A DNA stretch of 64,000 bases, taken from NCBI GenBank assembly GCA_958296135.2, contig CATQHZ020000001.1:4416001-4480000 (forward strand), written 5' to 3'. This stretch comes from an uncultured Poribacteria bacterium. GTDB taxonomy: Bacteria; Poribacteria; WGA-4E; WGA-3G. The translations under genes and the position numbers were made by a program. A model generated the notes under the pieces. That model worked only from the letters and a program-made list of their open reading frames with translations, ran no database searches and was not told the origin of the DNA. Positions within the stretch are counted from its first letter, which is position 1; the number at the start of each line of letters is the position of its first letter. Positions 40,506 through 50,898 of this stretch are shown here, in pieces.

Positions 40506-42608
40506 TTATCTCCAAAAACTCAAATTCTCGCCCTTTGCCCACTCAATAAAGGCTTCAGCGATGCCATCAGGCAGTTCGCCATCGTGATTGTGCAAATCGT
40601 GCCCAACAATCAGATGGCCGTTTTTATCCAGTCTATAGTTCCCATCACTATCTTCAAGATAAGTGTAGTCACCAGAAGTGTCCTTCCCCCCTTTCTCACT
40701 CATAGCAAAAAAGATGGGATAGTCGTCCATTTTTGGGCAAAGCGGTCCTGCAGCGGAATCGTCGTTCCACTTTTGGACAAACAACACACTCGTTTTGGTG
40801 CCAGTGTGCGGTTTGAACGTATTGTTATTGAGTCCAACCACGGCCAAGATGCGAGCGTGTGCAGCGATAAAATCGCGGATATATTTGTCGGAAGTATTAT
40901 TGAACCTGCCTTGCGGCAGCACAATCGCCATGCGGCCGCCGGGTTTGAGAAAGTCCAGATTGCGCTCAATAAACAGAATGTCACGTCCGACTCTAGTTTG
41001 CACCTTCCCATTTCCCTTGAAACCGAGGCTGTATTGATGGAGAATGCGGCTCTCCTTGATGTCTCCGGCGAAAGGTGGATTCGCCATAAGGATATCAAAG
41101 TGAAACCGCCGGTTTTCGTCTTTCTCTGCCCGCAACGCTTTGAGTCTGTCAAACCCTCTGCTGTAGGTCATGATCCAGATTCGATCACGTTCGACCCGGT
41201 CGCTCCACCGCTCATAATCAAGCGTGTTGAGATGCAGAACGTTCGTTTCACCGTCGCCCGCGATTAAGTTAAGAGTTCTCGCAACTCGGACGGTCTTTTC
41301 GTCAAAATCAATGCCGAACACCTTAAGGACATGCTCCCTATCTTCCTGCGGGATTTCCGCATTGGTGAAAGTCCTGCCGGTAAGTTTGAAAAGGGTATGC
41401 ACGGGAAACCCGCAACTCCCGGCAGCCGTATCGATCATATATTCTCCGGGTTTCGGATTGAGCATCTTCACGCACATGTCAATGACATGTCGCGGCGTGA
41501 AGTATTGTCCCTTTTCGCCCTTCGCCGATTTGCTCACCAGATATTCAAACGCCTCGTCAACTACCTGCAGATTGGAGTTGAACAACTTGATATCCTGCAA
41601 ACTAGAGACGCAGACTGCCAAATGGCTGTCGGAGAGTTTAAACGCCGCAGTTTCCGGGAAAACGCCTGGCCACTGGTTTCGTGCGTCGTCGAAAAGTCGC
41701 TGCACTTTGGTTTTCAGCTCAGACGGAGTCTGCCCGGTGTTTCTGAACTCCATGCACCGAAAGTCGTCATCCAGAATCTCTTCAACGGCCTGCTTGAGAA
41801 CCTCATAATCTGAGCCGTTTGAGGCATAGGACTGCGGTGGTTCTTGTATTGCCGTTCTGATTTCCCGCCGCAGGGTGCGGTTGATAAACGTTTTGTCTTC
41901 TTGGCTCTTAAACTCATCGTAGAGTTTGGTAAAGATGAGCTTGAAGACTTCCTCGAAAACGTCCACGCCCGCGTTGGCGAGGACCTCATCTTCCAATTCC
42001 AAGATGATTTCTTTCAAGGATTTCCGTTCGGCGGCGAGTTTGTCCTTAAGAATCAGGTCTTTCAGTGTCCAGCGTTCGTTCAGGATATCCGAAAGAGTTT
42101 GATTCGCAGTAGGAATATCGGTGATGTCCTCAAAGTAATTCGGCTCTCTGCGGTGGTAGTGCGAAATCTGTTGTCCGTTTGTCCACACACCGATGGGCGC
42201 GCCGGTGGCGTTGCAGTAGGAACGGAGTTGCGCCTTGCCATCCTGCAACTTCGGCTTCTTTACCTCAACGATGATATAGGGTGTATCCAGCCGGTCCTTG
42301 TCAACGACAACAATATCGGCACGTTTCCGTTCCCGACCGAAACTGACAGAAGATTCAAAGGCTAACCGCGTTCTGGGATAGCCGTATTTCTCGAGCAGCC
42401 GAGCCGCGTAGAGCTGGCGAATCAGTTCTTCGGGTTTCAACTGAACCACCTTATTCCGAACGGCGCAGTTAATGCAATGCGTCTCCTTACCCTTCACCGT
42501 TCCGGTCCAGACTCTTTTGTGCAAATCCCGAATCTCGGTTTCCGTGAAAAGGTCAAGATGGTAATCGCTGTCCCTCAGTATGTCTCGGATGATGTCTTTC
42601 GCTATCAT
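40506..42608 (-). CDS. Fused HsdR_N-type nuclease + N6-adenine methyltransferase (type IIG/IIB-like)
   Basis: KPEELIRQ, RADIVV..IIVEVKK; GQYFTPRHV, DTAAGSCGF, ANPPF. Confidence 0.9.
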   Translation of the reverse strand: MIAKDIIRDILRDSDYHLDLFTETEIRDLHKRVWTGTVKGKETHCINCAVRNKVVQLKPEELIRQLYAARLLEKYGYPRTRLAFESSVSFGRERKRADIVVVDKDRLDTPYIIVEVKKPKLQDGKAQLRSYCNATGAPIGVWTNGQQISHYHRREPNYFEDITDIPTANQTLSDILNERWTLKDLILKDKLAAERKSLKEIILELEDEVLANAGVDVFEEVFKLIFTKLYDEFKSQEDKTFINRTLRREIRTAIQEPPQSYASNGSDYEVLKQAVEEILDDDFRCMEFRNTGQTPSELKTKVQRLFDDARNQWPGVFPETAAFKLSDSHLAVCVSSLQDIKLFNSNLQVVDEAFEYLVSKSAKGEKGQYFTPRHVIDMCVKMLNPKPGEYMIDTAAGSCGFPVHTLFKLTGRTFTNAEIPQEDREHVLKVFGIDFDEKTVRVARTLNLIAGDGETNVLHLNTLDYERWSDRVERDRIWIMTYSRGFDRLKALRAEKDENRRFHFDILMANPPFAGDIKESRILHQYSLGFKGNGKVQTRVGRDILFIERNLDFLKPGGRMAIVLPQGRFNNTSDKYIRDFIAAHARILAVVGLNNNTFKPHTGTKTSVLFVQKWNDDSAAGPLCPKMDDYPIFFAMSEKGGKDTSGDYTYLEDSDGNYRLDKNGHLIVGHDLHNHDGELPDGIAEAFIEWAKGENLSFWR

Positions 42609-42788
42609 AGTTATTCGGATGTCCCCTTTTGTTGAATCATGCACCGCAGTTGGGTCCGAGTGCTGCCTTTTCGCTGCGGCCGTTCACGAACCCGCACAAT
42701 TGAAAATGTCTCAATATAGGATACCACAAAAATCCCAAAATGGCAAACAAAAAATGTGCGCGTAGCATTTTGTGGAAGAACAAGAAAA

Positions 42789-42835
42789 ATTATACCACCC
42801 CAAAAAATCCTTTTGTCAACCCCTAAAAACGCGGC
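42789..42835 (-). repeat. Copy of the promoter segment at 45676-45719, with TTGACA-19-TATAAT spacing
   Basis: ~45-bp direct repeat; one extra C and one extra A in homopolymer runs. Confidence 0.8.
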
Positions 42836-42838
42836 TTT

Positions 42839-45631
42839 TTAATCTTCAAGCACCATCGCGATTTCCACTGCCTGCTTACCATGCAGCCGCAACGCTTTGG
42901 ATTCCCGCAGCAAGTCAAAAGATGCTGTGACACTTTGTTTGATGCGTGCCTGCTCCGCTGGAGAGAGCAGCGGAATCGGGAAATCCAGAATGTCATCATC
43001 GTCCAAGGTGGGATAGGAGGTGCCGGTGCTCGGCTTCAAGGACCAGGTAAGAAAAACGTCTGTGCATAAACACGACAACAACGTTTCTTTGTTAACCCGT
43101 CCCTTTTCTCGCAGGACACAAAACGCGCCGCTTCCCACGTATCCATCTTCCTGGACAATGGTAATCGCGCCTCGGTAGGTTCGGACTTTAGAGACGATGA
43201 TGTCCCCCTTTTTCAAAACGCGCTTTGCATTCGCTGGCAAATCTTTGCCCAACAGCTCCTCAGCGGTGATATCCCCTGTCACCGTATTGACGCTCCCGAT
43301 TTCTACGTAGCGATACACTTTCTCCGGTTCAATTTTGAAGGTGCTTTTGTTGTGCTCAAATTCGTCGCGAATGCGGGTATACCCATGCGGATATCGCTTA
43401 ATCGCCGCTTCAATGCGCTCGTATTTCGGTTGGAAATAATCGGCATCAATGCGCGATTCGCACTGGACATCAGCGTAACCCTTCTCAAACGTGAGAGCGG
43501 CGAGGGGAACCCAATCAGTCAAATCATCTGACTGCCAAAAAGAGAGGTTCTCCCGCTTCGCCCACGCAACGAAAGATTCTGCAATGCCATCGGGCAGTTC
43601 CCCGTCGTGATTGTGTAAATCATGTGCAACAGTGAGATGCCCATGTTTGTCCAACTTGCAGTCCCCGTTACCGTTTTTCAGGTAAATATAGCTGCCTGAG
43701 GTATCCTTGCCGCCTTTTTCGCTCACGGCAAAGAAAATCGGATAGTTATCCGCCTTTGGGCAAAGTGGGCCCTGACCCGGGTCATCGTTCCACTTTTGAA
43801 CGAATAAGACACTCGTTTTGGGACTGGTGTGCGGTTTGAACGTGTTCTCATGCAAACTGACGACAGCCAAAATGCGCGCCTGTTCCATGATAAACTCGCG
43901 GATATGTTGGTGCTTAGGGGCACTGAATTTCCCTTGGGGGAGCACAATCGCCATGCGCCCACCGGGTTTGAGGAAATCGAGATTCCGCTCAATAAACAGC
44001 ACATCGCGCCCGACTTTGGTTTGCATTCTGCCGTTTGGCTTAAAACCGAGGCGATACCGTTGCAAGATGCGGCGTTCCTTAATGTCCCCAGCGAAAGGGG
44101 GATTGGCCATGAGCATATCAAAGTGAAACCGCTGGTTTTCCCCAAACTCGGCTCTGAAGCCTTCCAGACGCTTGAACCCACCACTATACGTGATAATCCA
44201 CTGCTTATCGCGTTCTGTCCAGTCATCCCACCGTTCATAGTCTAGTGTGTTCAGATGCAGCACATTCGCCTCACCATCGCCAGCAATCAGGTTGAGCGTT
44301 CGCGCAACTCGCACCGTCTTCTCGTCAAAGTCAATGCCAAACACCTCACGGATATGCCGCTTGGCCGCTGCAGCAATGTCGCCCGCGGTAAACAAGTTGC
44401 CGGTGAGTTTGAAAATCGTATGCACCGGAAACCCACAACTCCCGGCAGCCGTATCAATCATGGACTCACCGGGTTGCGGGTTCAGCATTTTCACGCACAT
44501 GTCAATGACATGTCGCGGCGTGAAATACTGTCCCTTTTCACCCTTCGCCGATTTGCTCACCAGATATTCAAACGCCTCGTCAACTACCTGCAGATTGGAG
44601 TTGAACATCTTTATGTCTTGCAAACTGGCAACGCAGACTGCCAAATGGCTGTCCGACAACTCAAACGTTGAACCTTCTGGAAAAACGCCTTTCCAGTGGT
44701 TTTTCGCGTCATCAAAAAGGCGTTGGATTTTGGCTTTCAGTGCCGCATCCGTTTGCCCGGTGTTTCTGAACTCCATGACGCGAAAGGCATCGTCCGGAAC
44801 CTCCTCAATCGCTGCCTTAACAGCCTCAGCCTCCGAAACATCAAGAGCGTTAGGGCTGCTCTGTCCCTGTGTAGCCGTCCTCATGTTCTGCCGCAGGAGG
44901 CGATCGATGAACGTTTTGTCTTCTTGACTCTTAAACTCATCGTAGAGCTTGGCAAAGATGAGTTTGAAGACTTCCTCAAAGACATCCACGCCCGCATTGG
45001 AGAGAACCTCGTCTTCTAGTTCCAAGACGATGTCCTTCAAGGATTTCCGCTCAATGGAAAGTTTATCCTTGAGGATGAGGTTTTTGAGGGTGAAACGTTC
45101 ACTTAGGATATCCGAAAGCATCTGGTGAACGTTCGGAATCTCGGTAATCTCCTCAAAGTAATTCGGCTCTCTGCGGTAGTAGTGGGAGATGTACTGTCCA
45201 TTCGTCCACACTCCGATAGGCGCGCCGGTGGCATTGCAATAGGAACGAAGCTGCGTCTTGCCCTCTAAGAGTTTCGGCTTTTTCACCTCAATGATGATAT
45301 AGGGGGTATCCGGCCGGTCTTTGTCAACGATGACGATATCGGCGCGCTTCGTCTCCCGGCCAAAACTCACCGGGTATTCCAGAGCTAACCGGTCTGGGGT
45401 GTAACCGTACTGGGTCACGAGCCGTGACACGTAAAGTTGGCGGATAAACTCTTCCGGCTTGAGTTGGATCCCCCTATTCCGGACAGCGCACGTGACGAAC
45501 GCAATCTGCTTGCCTCTGACCGTTTGCGTAAAGATTCTTTCGCGCAACACCTCAATCTCGGCTTCCGAGAAGAGGTCCAAGTGATAACTGCTATCTTTCA
45601 GAATGCGTCGGATGATGTCGGTTTGCAACAT
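42839..45631 (-). CDS. Fused nuclease + N6-adenine methyltransferase + single specificity domain (type IIG-like)
   Basis: Close paralog of 40506..42608 plus ~230 aa resembling the C-terminal half of the HsdS-like gene (RIDADYFQPKY, GDIIVSKVR, GKQAVEIAM). Confidence 0.9.
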   Translation of the reverse strand: MLQTDIIRRILKDSSYHLDLFSEAEIEVLRERIFTQTVRGKQIAFVTCAVRNRGIQLKPEEFIRQLYVSRLVTQYGYTPDRLALEYPVSFGRETKRADIVIVDKDRPDTPYIIIEVKKPKLLEGKTQLRSYCNATGAPIGVWTNGQYISHYYRREPNYFEEITEIPNVHQMLSDILSERFTLKNLILKDKLSIERKSLKDIVLELEDEVLSNAGVDVFEEVFKLIFAKLYDEFKSQEDKTFIDRLLRQNMRTATQGQSSPNALDVSEAEAVKAAIEEVPDDAFRVMEFRNTGQTDAALKAKIQRLFDDAKNHWKGVFPEGSTFELSDSHLAVCVASLQDIKMFNSNLQVVDEAFEYLVSKSAKGEKGQYFTPRHVIDMCVKMLNPQPGESMIDTAAGSCGFPVHTIFKLTGNLFTAGDIAAAAKRHIREVFGIDFDEKTVRVARTLNLIAGDGEANVLHLNTLDYERWDDWTERDKQWIITYSGGFKRLEGFRAEFGENQRFHFDMLMANPPFAGDIKERRILQRYRLGFKPNGRMQTKVGRDVLFIERNLDFLKPGGRMAIVLPQGKFSAPKHQHIREFIMEQARILAVVSLHENTFKPHTSPKTSVLFVQKWNDDPGQGPLCPKADNYPIFFAVSEKGGKDTSGSYIYLKNGNGDCKLDKHGHLTVAHDLHNHDGELPDGIAESFVAWAKRENLSFWQSDDLTDWVPLAALTFEKGYADVQCESRIDADYFQPKYERIEAAIKRYPHGYTRIRDEFEHNKSTFKIEPEKVYRYVEIGSVNTVTGDITAEELLGKDLPANAKRVLKKGDIIVSKVRTYRGAITIVQEDGYVGSGAFCVLREKGRVNKETLLSCLCTDVFLTWSLKPSTGTSYPTLDDDDILDFPIPLLSPAEQARIKQSVTASFDLLRESKALRLHGKQAVEIAMVLED

Positions 45632-45675
45632 AACGAGGTTCTCCCGCTCTGTGATTTTTGACACAGAACAATAAG

Positions 45676-45704
45676 ATTATACCACCCAAAAATCCTTTTG
45701 TCAA
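45676..45704 (-). promoter_or_regulatory. Consensus sigma70 promoter TTGACA-17-TATAAT for the R-M gene
   Basis: Perfect hexamers and spacing. Confidence 0.8.
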
Positions 45705-46011
45705 CCCTAAAAACGCGGCGGCTCTCGCAAGACCATTTAGTTGTACCGTATCTGTAGTTCAAGCTCGCAACCCTCTGCATGCATGCCGAGAGGGTTCCGA
45801 TGTGAGTGACATCCGGAGCCCGAGCAGGTAAGGAGCAGGCGGTACTTACCTACAGGGTGGGCAAGGCAGTCTGCTGACGCAGGGCGATGCAGACACGCTT
45901 TCTGTAAGTGTAACCGCACGCACATTTTGAAGAGACGTGCCCGTGATGCATTTTCACAAGTGACATCAAAAACGGAAAAACTAAATCGCTCCACGCTTTT
46001 TGAAAATAGTG

Positions 46012-46040
46012 TTGACATCCGAAAGACGTTGTGGTATTAT
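46012..46040 (+). promoter_or_regulatory. sigma70-type promoter TTGACA-17-TATTAT
   Basis: Near-consensus; no convincing gene immediately downstream. Confidence 0.55.
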
Positions 46041-46163
46041 TCACATAACTTGCTATTGTGTGTGAAAGGTATTTTTCATCACGCCATGATTGTTCCTCAG
46101 TTCGTAGGGCGAGGGGGAGTTATTGGTACGGGATGCGAACGATTTTTGGCTGGATTGGCAGAA

Positions 46164-46289
46164 CGCGAGGGACAGTGGACATCTCTGCAGCGAGGCTGCA
46201 GAGATGACAACGTTAAAGGTAGCGTGCTTACGCGGGGCGACACACGCACGTTTTCTGTAGGCGTGACCGTGACGGCCCTCGCGCTACGG
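46164..46289 (-). repeat. REP element carrying two levels of nested hairpin insertion
   Basis: Alignment with the empty REP (57306-57330) and the single-insert REP (57056-57130). Confidence 0.75.
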
Positions 46290-46388
46290 CCCCCCGGGGG
46301 TAGTTATCCAAGAGAAACAATTTCCTTGACTTCGCAGCGGAGATATGTTAACCTATCCTTCAGAAATCATCAGTGAAAGGTGCAGTGA

Positions 46389-47429
46389 ATGGAACAATGG
46401 ATTGAACAATGGATTACTGGGTTAGCCAACCCATTCCTTTTCCTTATCATCGTCGTGACGCTTTACACGCTAGGGAAAGGCGCGGATTGGCTGGTTGATG
46501 AAGCGGTGGTGCTCTCAACGCGATGGGGCATGGGGAAGGCAGTCATCGGCGCGACGATTGTGAGTATCGGCACGACGACACCCGAGGCCGCCGTCTCCGT
46601 GCTATCAGCAATTCAGGGAAAGCCGGGGCTCGCCCTCGGCAATGCAGTGGGCTCGATTATTTGTGATACGGGACTCATCCTCGGACTCGCATCGCTCATC
46701 GCGCCGTTGCAATTCAATAGACAACTGGCTTCAAAACTATCGAACGTGCAGGTAGGCGCAGGGATTCTTTTAGTAGTAGGATGTTTCCCGTGGACATCAC
46801 CGGCGAAAGTTTTTAGTCAAGGCGGAACGCTACCGCAACTGATAGGCTTCGGCTTTATCGTTTTGCTAGGGCTCTACATCTGGCAGTCCATCCGATGGGC
46901 GGCTTCAATAACCGAGGATGGCAGCGAGAAGAGTGATGAATCAGGTGAGGCATCCGCGAATTCGTTCGCCATCCTCGCGAAACTGATTGGCTCAATTGCG
47001 ATTATCGTCATCTCTGCGCAAATTTTGATCCCGAGTGTGAGCGTCATTGCGCAAAGAATTGGGGTGCCGAAGCATATCATTTCGGCGACGCTGGTGGCGT
47101 TCGGCACATCCCTACCGGAACTCGTCACGGCAATTACGGCGGTGCGGCGCGGACACGGCGAATTGGCTGTCGGAAACATCATCGGCGCGGATATCCTGAA
47201 CGTTCTCTTTGTCGCTGGTGTCTCCGCAGCAGCAACGCCGGGTGGTTTGCAGGCAGATGGGCAATTTTTCCAATTCCTATTTCCCGCGATGCTGTTCATT
47301 CTCATCGTCTTCCGGTGCGGAATCTTCGTCTCAGGGAATCAGTTGAAACGTCCGTTTGGGGTAGTGCTCGTTGGAACGTGGTTAGTCGTTACGATTCTGA
47401 GTTATATTTTCTCAATAGAGATGCATTAG
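46389..47429 (+). CDS. Sodium:calcium antiporter (YrbG-like)
   Basis: Alpha repeats GTTTPE / GTSLPE, LALGNAVGS / LAVGNIIGAD. Confidence 0.9.
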   Translation: MEQWIEQWITGLANPFLFLIIVVTLYTLGKGADWLVDEAVVLSTRWGMGKAVIGATIVSIGTTTPEAAVSVLSAIQGKPGLALGNAVGSIICDTGLILGLASLIAPLQFNRQLASKLSNVQVGAGILLVVGCFPWTSPAKVFSQGGTLPQLIGFGFIVLLGLYIWQSIRWAASITEDGSEKSDESGEASANSFAILAKLIGSIAIIVISAQILIPSVSVIAQRIGVPKHIISATLVAFGTSLPELVTAITAVRRGHGELAVGNIIGADILNVLFVAGVSAAATPGGLQADGQFFQFLFPAMLFILIVFRCGIFVSGNQLKRPFGVVLVGTWLVVTILSYIFSIEMH

Positions 47430-47486
47430 CGCAGTCCTTTACCGTAGGGCGAGGGAACTGTCCCTCGTCAGTCGGAGGAATAAAAA

Positions 47487-48671
47487 ATGGATAAGAATCA
47501 AACACCGGCAGCGGAGACGCAGTATTATCGCGCAACCGCTTTTGCTGATGCAAAGCCGGAACATGCAGCTCCCGGTGCTACGCCTGAACGGCTGGCACAC
47601 TTGGAGGAGCACGGGTTTGTCATCATCAACGATTTTGTTGATAATCCTTGGATTCCGATTCTCCGAGAGGCGGGCCGGCGGGTAACCGAGGCGTGCGCGC
47701 CAGAGAACGGTTATAGCCAAATCAATTGCTCGAAAGGTTACGTCCACCGCACGGGCGGCGATGAACCGTGGGCAATTCGGGGGCTCATCCATCCAGCGTT
47801 CAACGAACCGTGTTTCGCTGAATTCCACGGAGCTCCCGATTTCCTTAACTTCGTCAGTTCGTGGTGCCATGGACTCCAGCCGGAAGAACTCTCGCTGAGC
47901 GGTATCCTGCTGTGGTGCAATCCGCGGCATCGCGAGAATAAACTGGGGTGGCACCGAGACGTGACGTGGTGGGGCACCGGGAAGAGTTATTTCGCACAGC
48001 GGGAAGTCCGCGGCGAAGGACCCGAGGCATATTCCGAGGAGACCGAACGCATCCGCTGGAAGGAAATCCGGGAGAAAAACGCGAAAGCCATCACGGAACG
48101 CAACGGCGTGAGCATGTTCTTGGCACTGACTGATGACGAATGTCATGAACTCGTGCCGGGGAGCCATCACCGATGGCGGACCCCGTTTGAGCACGATGTG
48201 CTACTGCCGCAATCCATGAAAGACCAGGGGGTGCCGTATACACCGAGCTGGAACGGCGAAGACCCGCTGCCGGGCCAGGTCGCGATTCGACTCAAGGCGG
48301 GCGAGGCACTCATCCGCAACGGCACGACTATCCATACAGGGCACACCGTGCCAAACCGGGAACGGAACACGCTGTCTATCGGCTGGTCCAAGTGGAAAGG
48401 CGAACCGACTGACAAACCGTCTGTCGCCGATGTGCGGCACGCTTGGCAGCTCGACCCGGCCGTGCGGGAAGCACTCCCTTATGACTGGATGAAGACAGCG
48501 TGGGACCGGTGGGCGGCAACACAGAAACTCGGCGATACGCTGGAAGACCGGTATACCGGGTTTGATATCAAGCACATCAAGGCGGGACAGGTGCTTGGTT
48601 GGAGCGGTGAGTTGGAGCGGCAAGCTGCCGCCGATGGAGAATCGTGGGAGGCATTCCAAACGGCGGTGTGA
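47487..48671 (+). CDS. PhyH-like Fe(II)/2-oxoglutarate dioxygenase, extended
   Basis: LEEHGFVII, GWHRD, LVPGSH, LKAGEAL...IHTG. Confidence 0.8.
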   Translation: MDKNQTPAAETQYYRATAFADAKPEHAAPGATPERLAHLEEHGFVIINDFVDNPWIPILREAGRRVTEACAPENGYSQINCSKGYVHRTGGDEPWAIRGLIHPAFNEPCFAEFHGAPDFLNFVSSWCHGLQPEELSLSGILLWCNPRHRENKLGWHRDVTWWGTGKSYFAQREVRGEGPEAYSEETERIRWKEIREKNAKAITERNGVSMFLALTDDECHELVPGSHHRWRTPFEHDVLLPQSMKDQGVPYTPSWNGEDPLPGQVAIRLKAGEALIRNGTTIHTGHTVPNRERNTLSIGWSKWKGEPTDKPSVADVRHAWQLDPAVREALPYDWMKTAWDRWAATQKLGDTLEDRYTGFDIKHIKAGQVLGWSGELERQAAADGESWEAFQTAV

Positions 48672-48767
48672 ATCAGCCAACCATCCGATAACTCGTAGCG
48701 CGAGGGCCTGGCCCTCGCAAACTCCATATCGAAACGACAAATGTCCAAGGCGAGGGGGTGTTCTTGG

Positions 48768-49754
48768 TTAGAACGGTTCGGGAACTAACCGCACGAACGG
48801 CAACGACACCCTATCCAACTCTTCCCGTATCGCCGCGTCAAGTTCCCAACCGACACCGCCGAGGGTATCGTCAAGCTGCGCGATAGTATCGCTGCCGCTG
48901 ATGGCGACGGTGACTTCGGGGTGCGACAACACCCACGCCACGGCGAGTTGCGCCGGCGTTTTACCTAGCTCGCCAGCGAGCCGCTTCAACGTCGCGATGA
49001 CTTGTCCGGTCGCGCCGCTCATCCGCCGGTCAAATTCGTCGCGGTAGCGTGTCGCCCACAATGTGCCCTCCGGCGGCAGTTCACCGGGCGAATAGACACC
49101 GCTCAGTAAACCGACTGCGAGCGGACTATAAGCCATCACGCCTAACCCCTCCTCCTGCACCAAGCCGAACATGTTGCTCTCCAAATCACGATTCAGCAGG
49201 TTATACATATTTTGAACGCACATATAGGGCGTAGCGTGGATCCTGTCGGAAATCCAGAGTGCCTTGCAGACCTGCCACGCTTGATGGTTGCAGCACCCGA
49301 TGTAGCGAACCTTGCCTGAACGCACCAGATCATCGAGCGCACGGATAGTCTCCTCCTGCGGTGTCCCGACATCAAACGCGTGGATGAGGTAAACGTCGAT
49401 ATAGTCGGTCTTGAGACGCGACAGGGAACGTTCAACCTCACGCATAATGTGGTAACGTGATAACCCGGAGTCATTCGGGCCAGGGCCGATGTTGCTGAAA
49501 ACTTTGGAGGTAATCACCACATCATCCCGTTTGCCTCGGATGGCTTTGCCGAGGATGACTTCTGAACGTCCGATGTTGGCTCTGTCGTCCATAGGGCCGT
49601 AAATATTGGCACAATCAATGAGGTTGATACCGGCATCAATGGCGTGCTCAATGACGCGCTGCGCAGCGCGTTCATCGCCTTGTCCTCTAAAACCCAATCC
49701 TAATGCGAGTGGACTCACTTTGAGTCCCGCTTTTCCGAAATTGATGTAGTTCAT
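48768..49754 (-). CDS. Aldo/keto reductase
   Basis: GINLIDCANIYG, SLSRLKTDYIDVYLIH, AYSPLAVGLLSG. Confidence 0.92.
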   Translation of the reverse strand: MNYINFGKAGLKVSPLALGLGFRGQGDERAAQRVIEHAIDAGINLIDCANIYGPMDDRANIGRSEVILGKAIRGKRDDVVITSKVFSNIGPGPNDSGLSRYHIMREVERSLSRLKTDYIDVYLIHAFDVGTPQEETIRALDDLVRSGKVRYIGCCNHQAWQVCKALWISDRIHATPYMCVQNMYNLLNRDLESNMFGLVQEEGLGVMAYSPLAVGLLSGVYSPGELPPEGTLWATRYRDEFDRRMSGATGQVIATLKRLAGELGKTPAQLAVAWVLSHPEVTVAISGSDTIAQLDDTLGGVGWELDAAIREELDRVSLPFVRLVPEPF

Positions 49755-49914
49755 GATACTGTTCCTATTGCTTTATCCAAACGATTTCGTTTTCAAATTT
49801 TTGCGGTTGTTCATAGGGCAAACTCGCCGGATTTTGACCCGGGTGAACAGGCCATCGCCCTATCAGAACAGAACCGATTGGGCTCAGGCGAGCCCAATCT
49901 ACGTCACCGGCCGC

Positions 49915-50898
49915 CTAACGCCTTGCGCCAACACGAAAAACCTCCGTGACAACTTCATCTGTGCGGATGCCTTCGCCTTCGCCTTCAAAGTTGAGGAGGA
50001 TGCGGTGCCGAAGCGCGGGCAGCAGCACGGCATCTACGTCCTCAAACGCGACATTGTAGCGTTTGTCCAGCAACGCCTTGATTTTCGCCGTTAAAGCGAT
50101 CGCCTGCACGCTCCGTATGCCCGCGCCAAGGTGAACATAGCGTTTGACGATGTCCGGTGCCGCCTCGGAATCGGGGTGCGTCATGCGGACGAGGCGGATG
50201 ATGTAGCGTTCAACATGCTCCGCGATGATAACCTGACGGACTAGCCTACGCATCTCGTTGAGCGTCGCCGCGTTCGTCACCTTCTCCACCTGAATCTCAA
50301 CATCGGAGGTGGTGCGGCGCAAGATTTGGACTATCTCGTCCTCACTCGGAAATTCGACGTGCAGTTTGAAGAGAAACCGGTCGAGCTGCGCCTCCGGCAG
50401 CGGATAGGTGCCCTCCATTTCAAGCGGGTTTTGTGTGGCAAGCACACAGAACGGTTCTTGGAGTTGGTGACTCGCGCGGCCGACAGTGACGGTGCGTTCC
50501 TGCATCGCCTCCAGAAGTGCGGATTGCGTGCGCGGTGTCGCGCGGTTAATCTCATCGGCGAGGATGAGCTGCGCGAAGATGGGACCCTCTTGGAATTCAA
50601 ACTGCTTGCCGCCGCGCTCATCCTCAACGAGAAGCGTCGTGCCGGTGATATCCGAGGGCATCATATCCGGCGTGAATTGGATGCGCTTGAAACTCAGGTC
50701 CAACGTCTGGCTGAGCGTATGGATAAGCTGCGTTTTGCCTAAGCCGGGGATGCCTTCAAGCAAGGCGTGCCCGTTGGCGAGTAGGCAAAACAGGATACCC
50801 TCAATAATCGCGTCTTGTCCGACAATGCGCTTCTGGACTTCGGTTTTGACGCTACCAAAGGTTTCGCGGAAGAGGTGGAACTGAGTTTCTAAATCCAT
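49915..50898 (-). CDS. MoxR family AAA+ ATPase
   Basis: LLEGIPGLGKT, RIQFTPD, LADEINRA, ATQNPLEMEGTYPLPEAQLDRF. Confidence 0.95.
   Translation of the reverse strand: MDLETQFHLFRETFGSVKTEVQKRIVGQDAIIEGILFCLLANGHALLEGIPGLGKTQLIHTLSQTLDLSFKRIQFTPDMMPSDITGTTLLVEDERGGKQFEFQEGPIFAQLILADEINRATPRTQSALLEAMQERTVTVGRASHQLQEPFCVLATQNPLEMEGTYPLPEAQLDRFLFKLHVEFPSEDEIVQILRRTTSDVEIQVEKVTNAATLNEMRRLVRQVIIAEHVERYIIRLVRMTHPDSEAAPDIVKRYVHLGAGIRSVQAIALTAKIKALLDKRYNVAFEDVDAVLLPALRHRILLNFEGEGEGIRTDEVVTEVFRVGARR

Noticed and set aside
38441-45631. Classical type I R-M system or invertible hsdS shufflon
   Set aside because: No helicase/translocase HsdR, no recombinase and no inverted repeats; all genes are co-oriented.
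45927-46376. 149-aa plus-strand ORF
   Set aside because: It spans a promoter and the nested REP, so it is likely open by chance.
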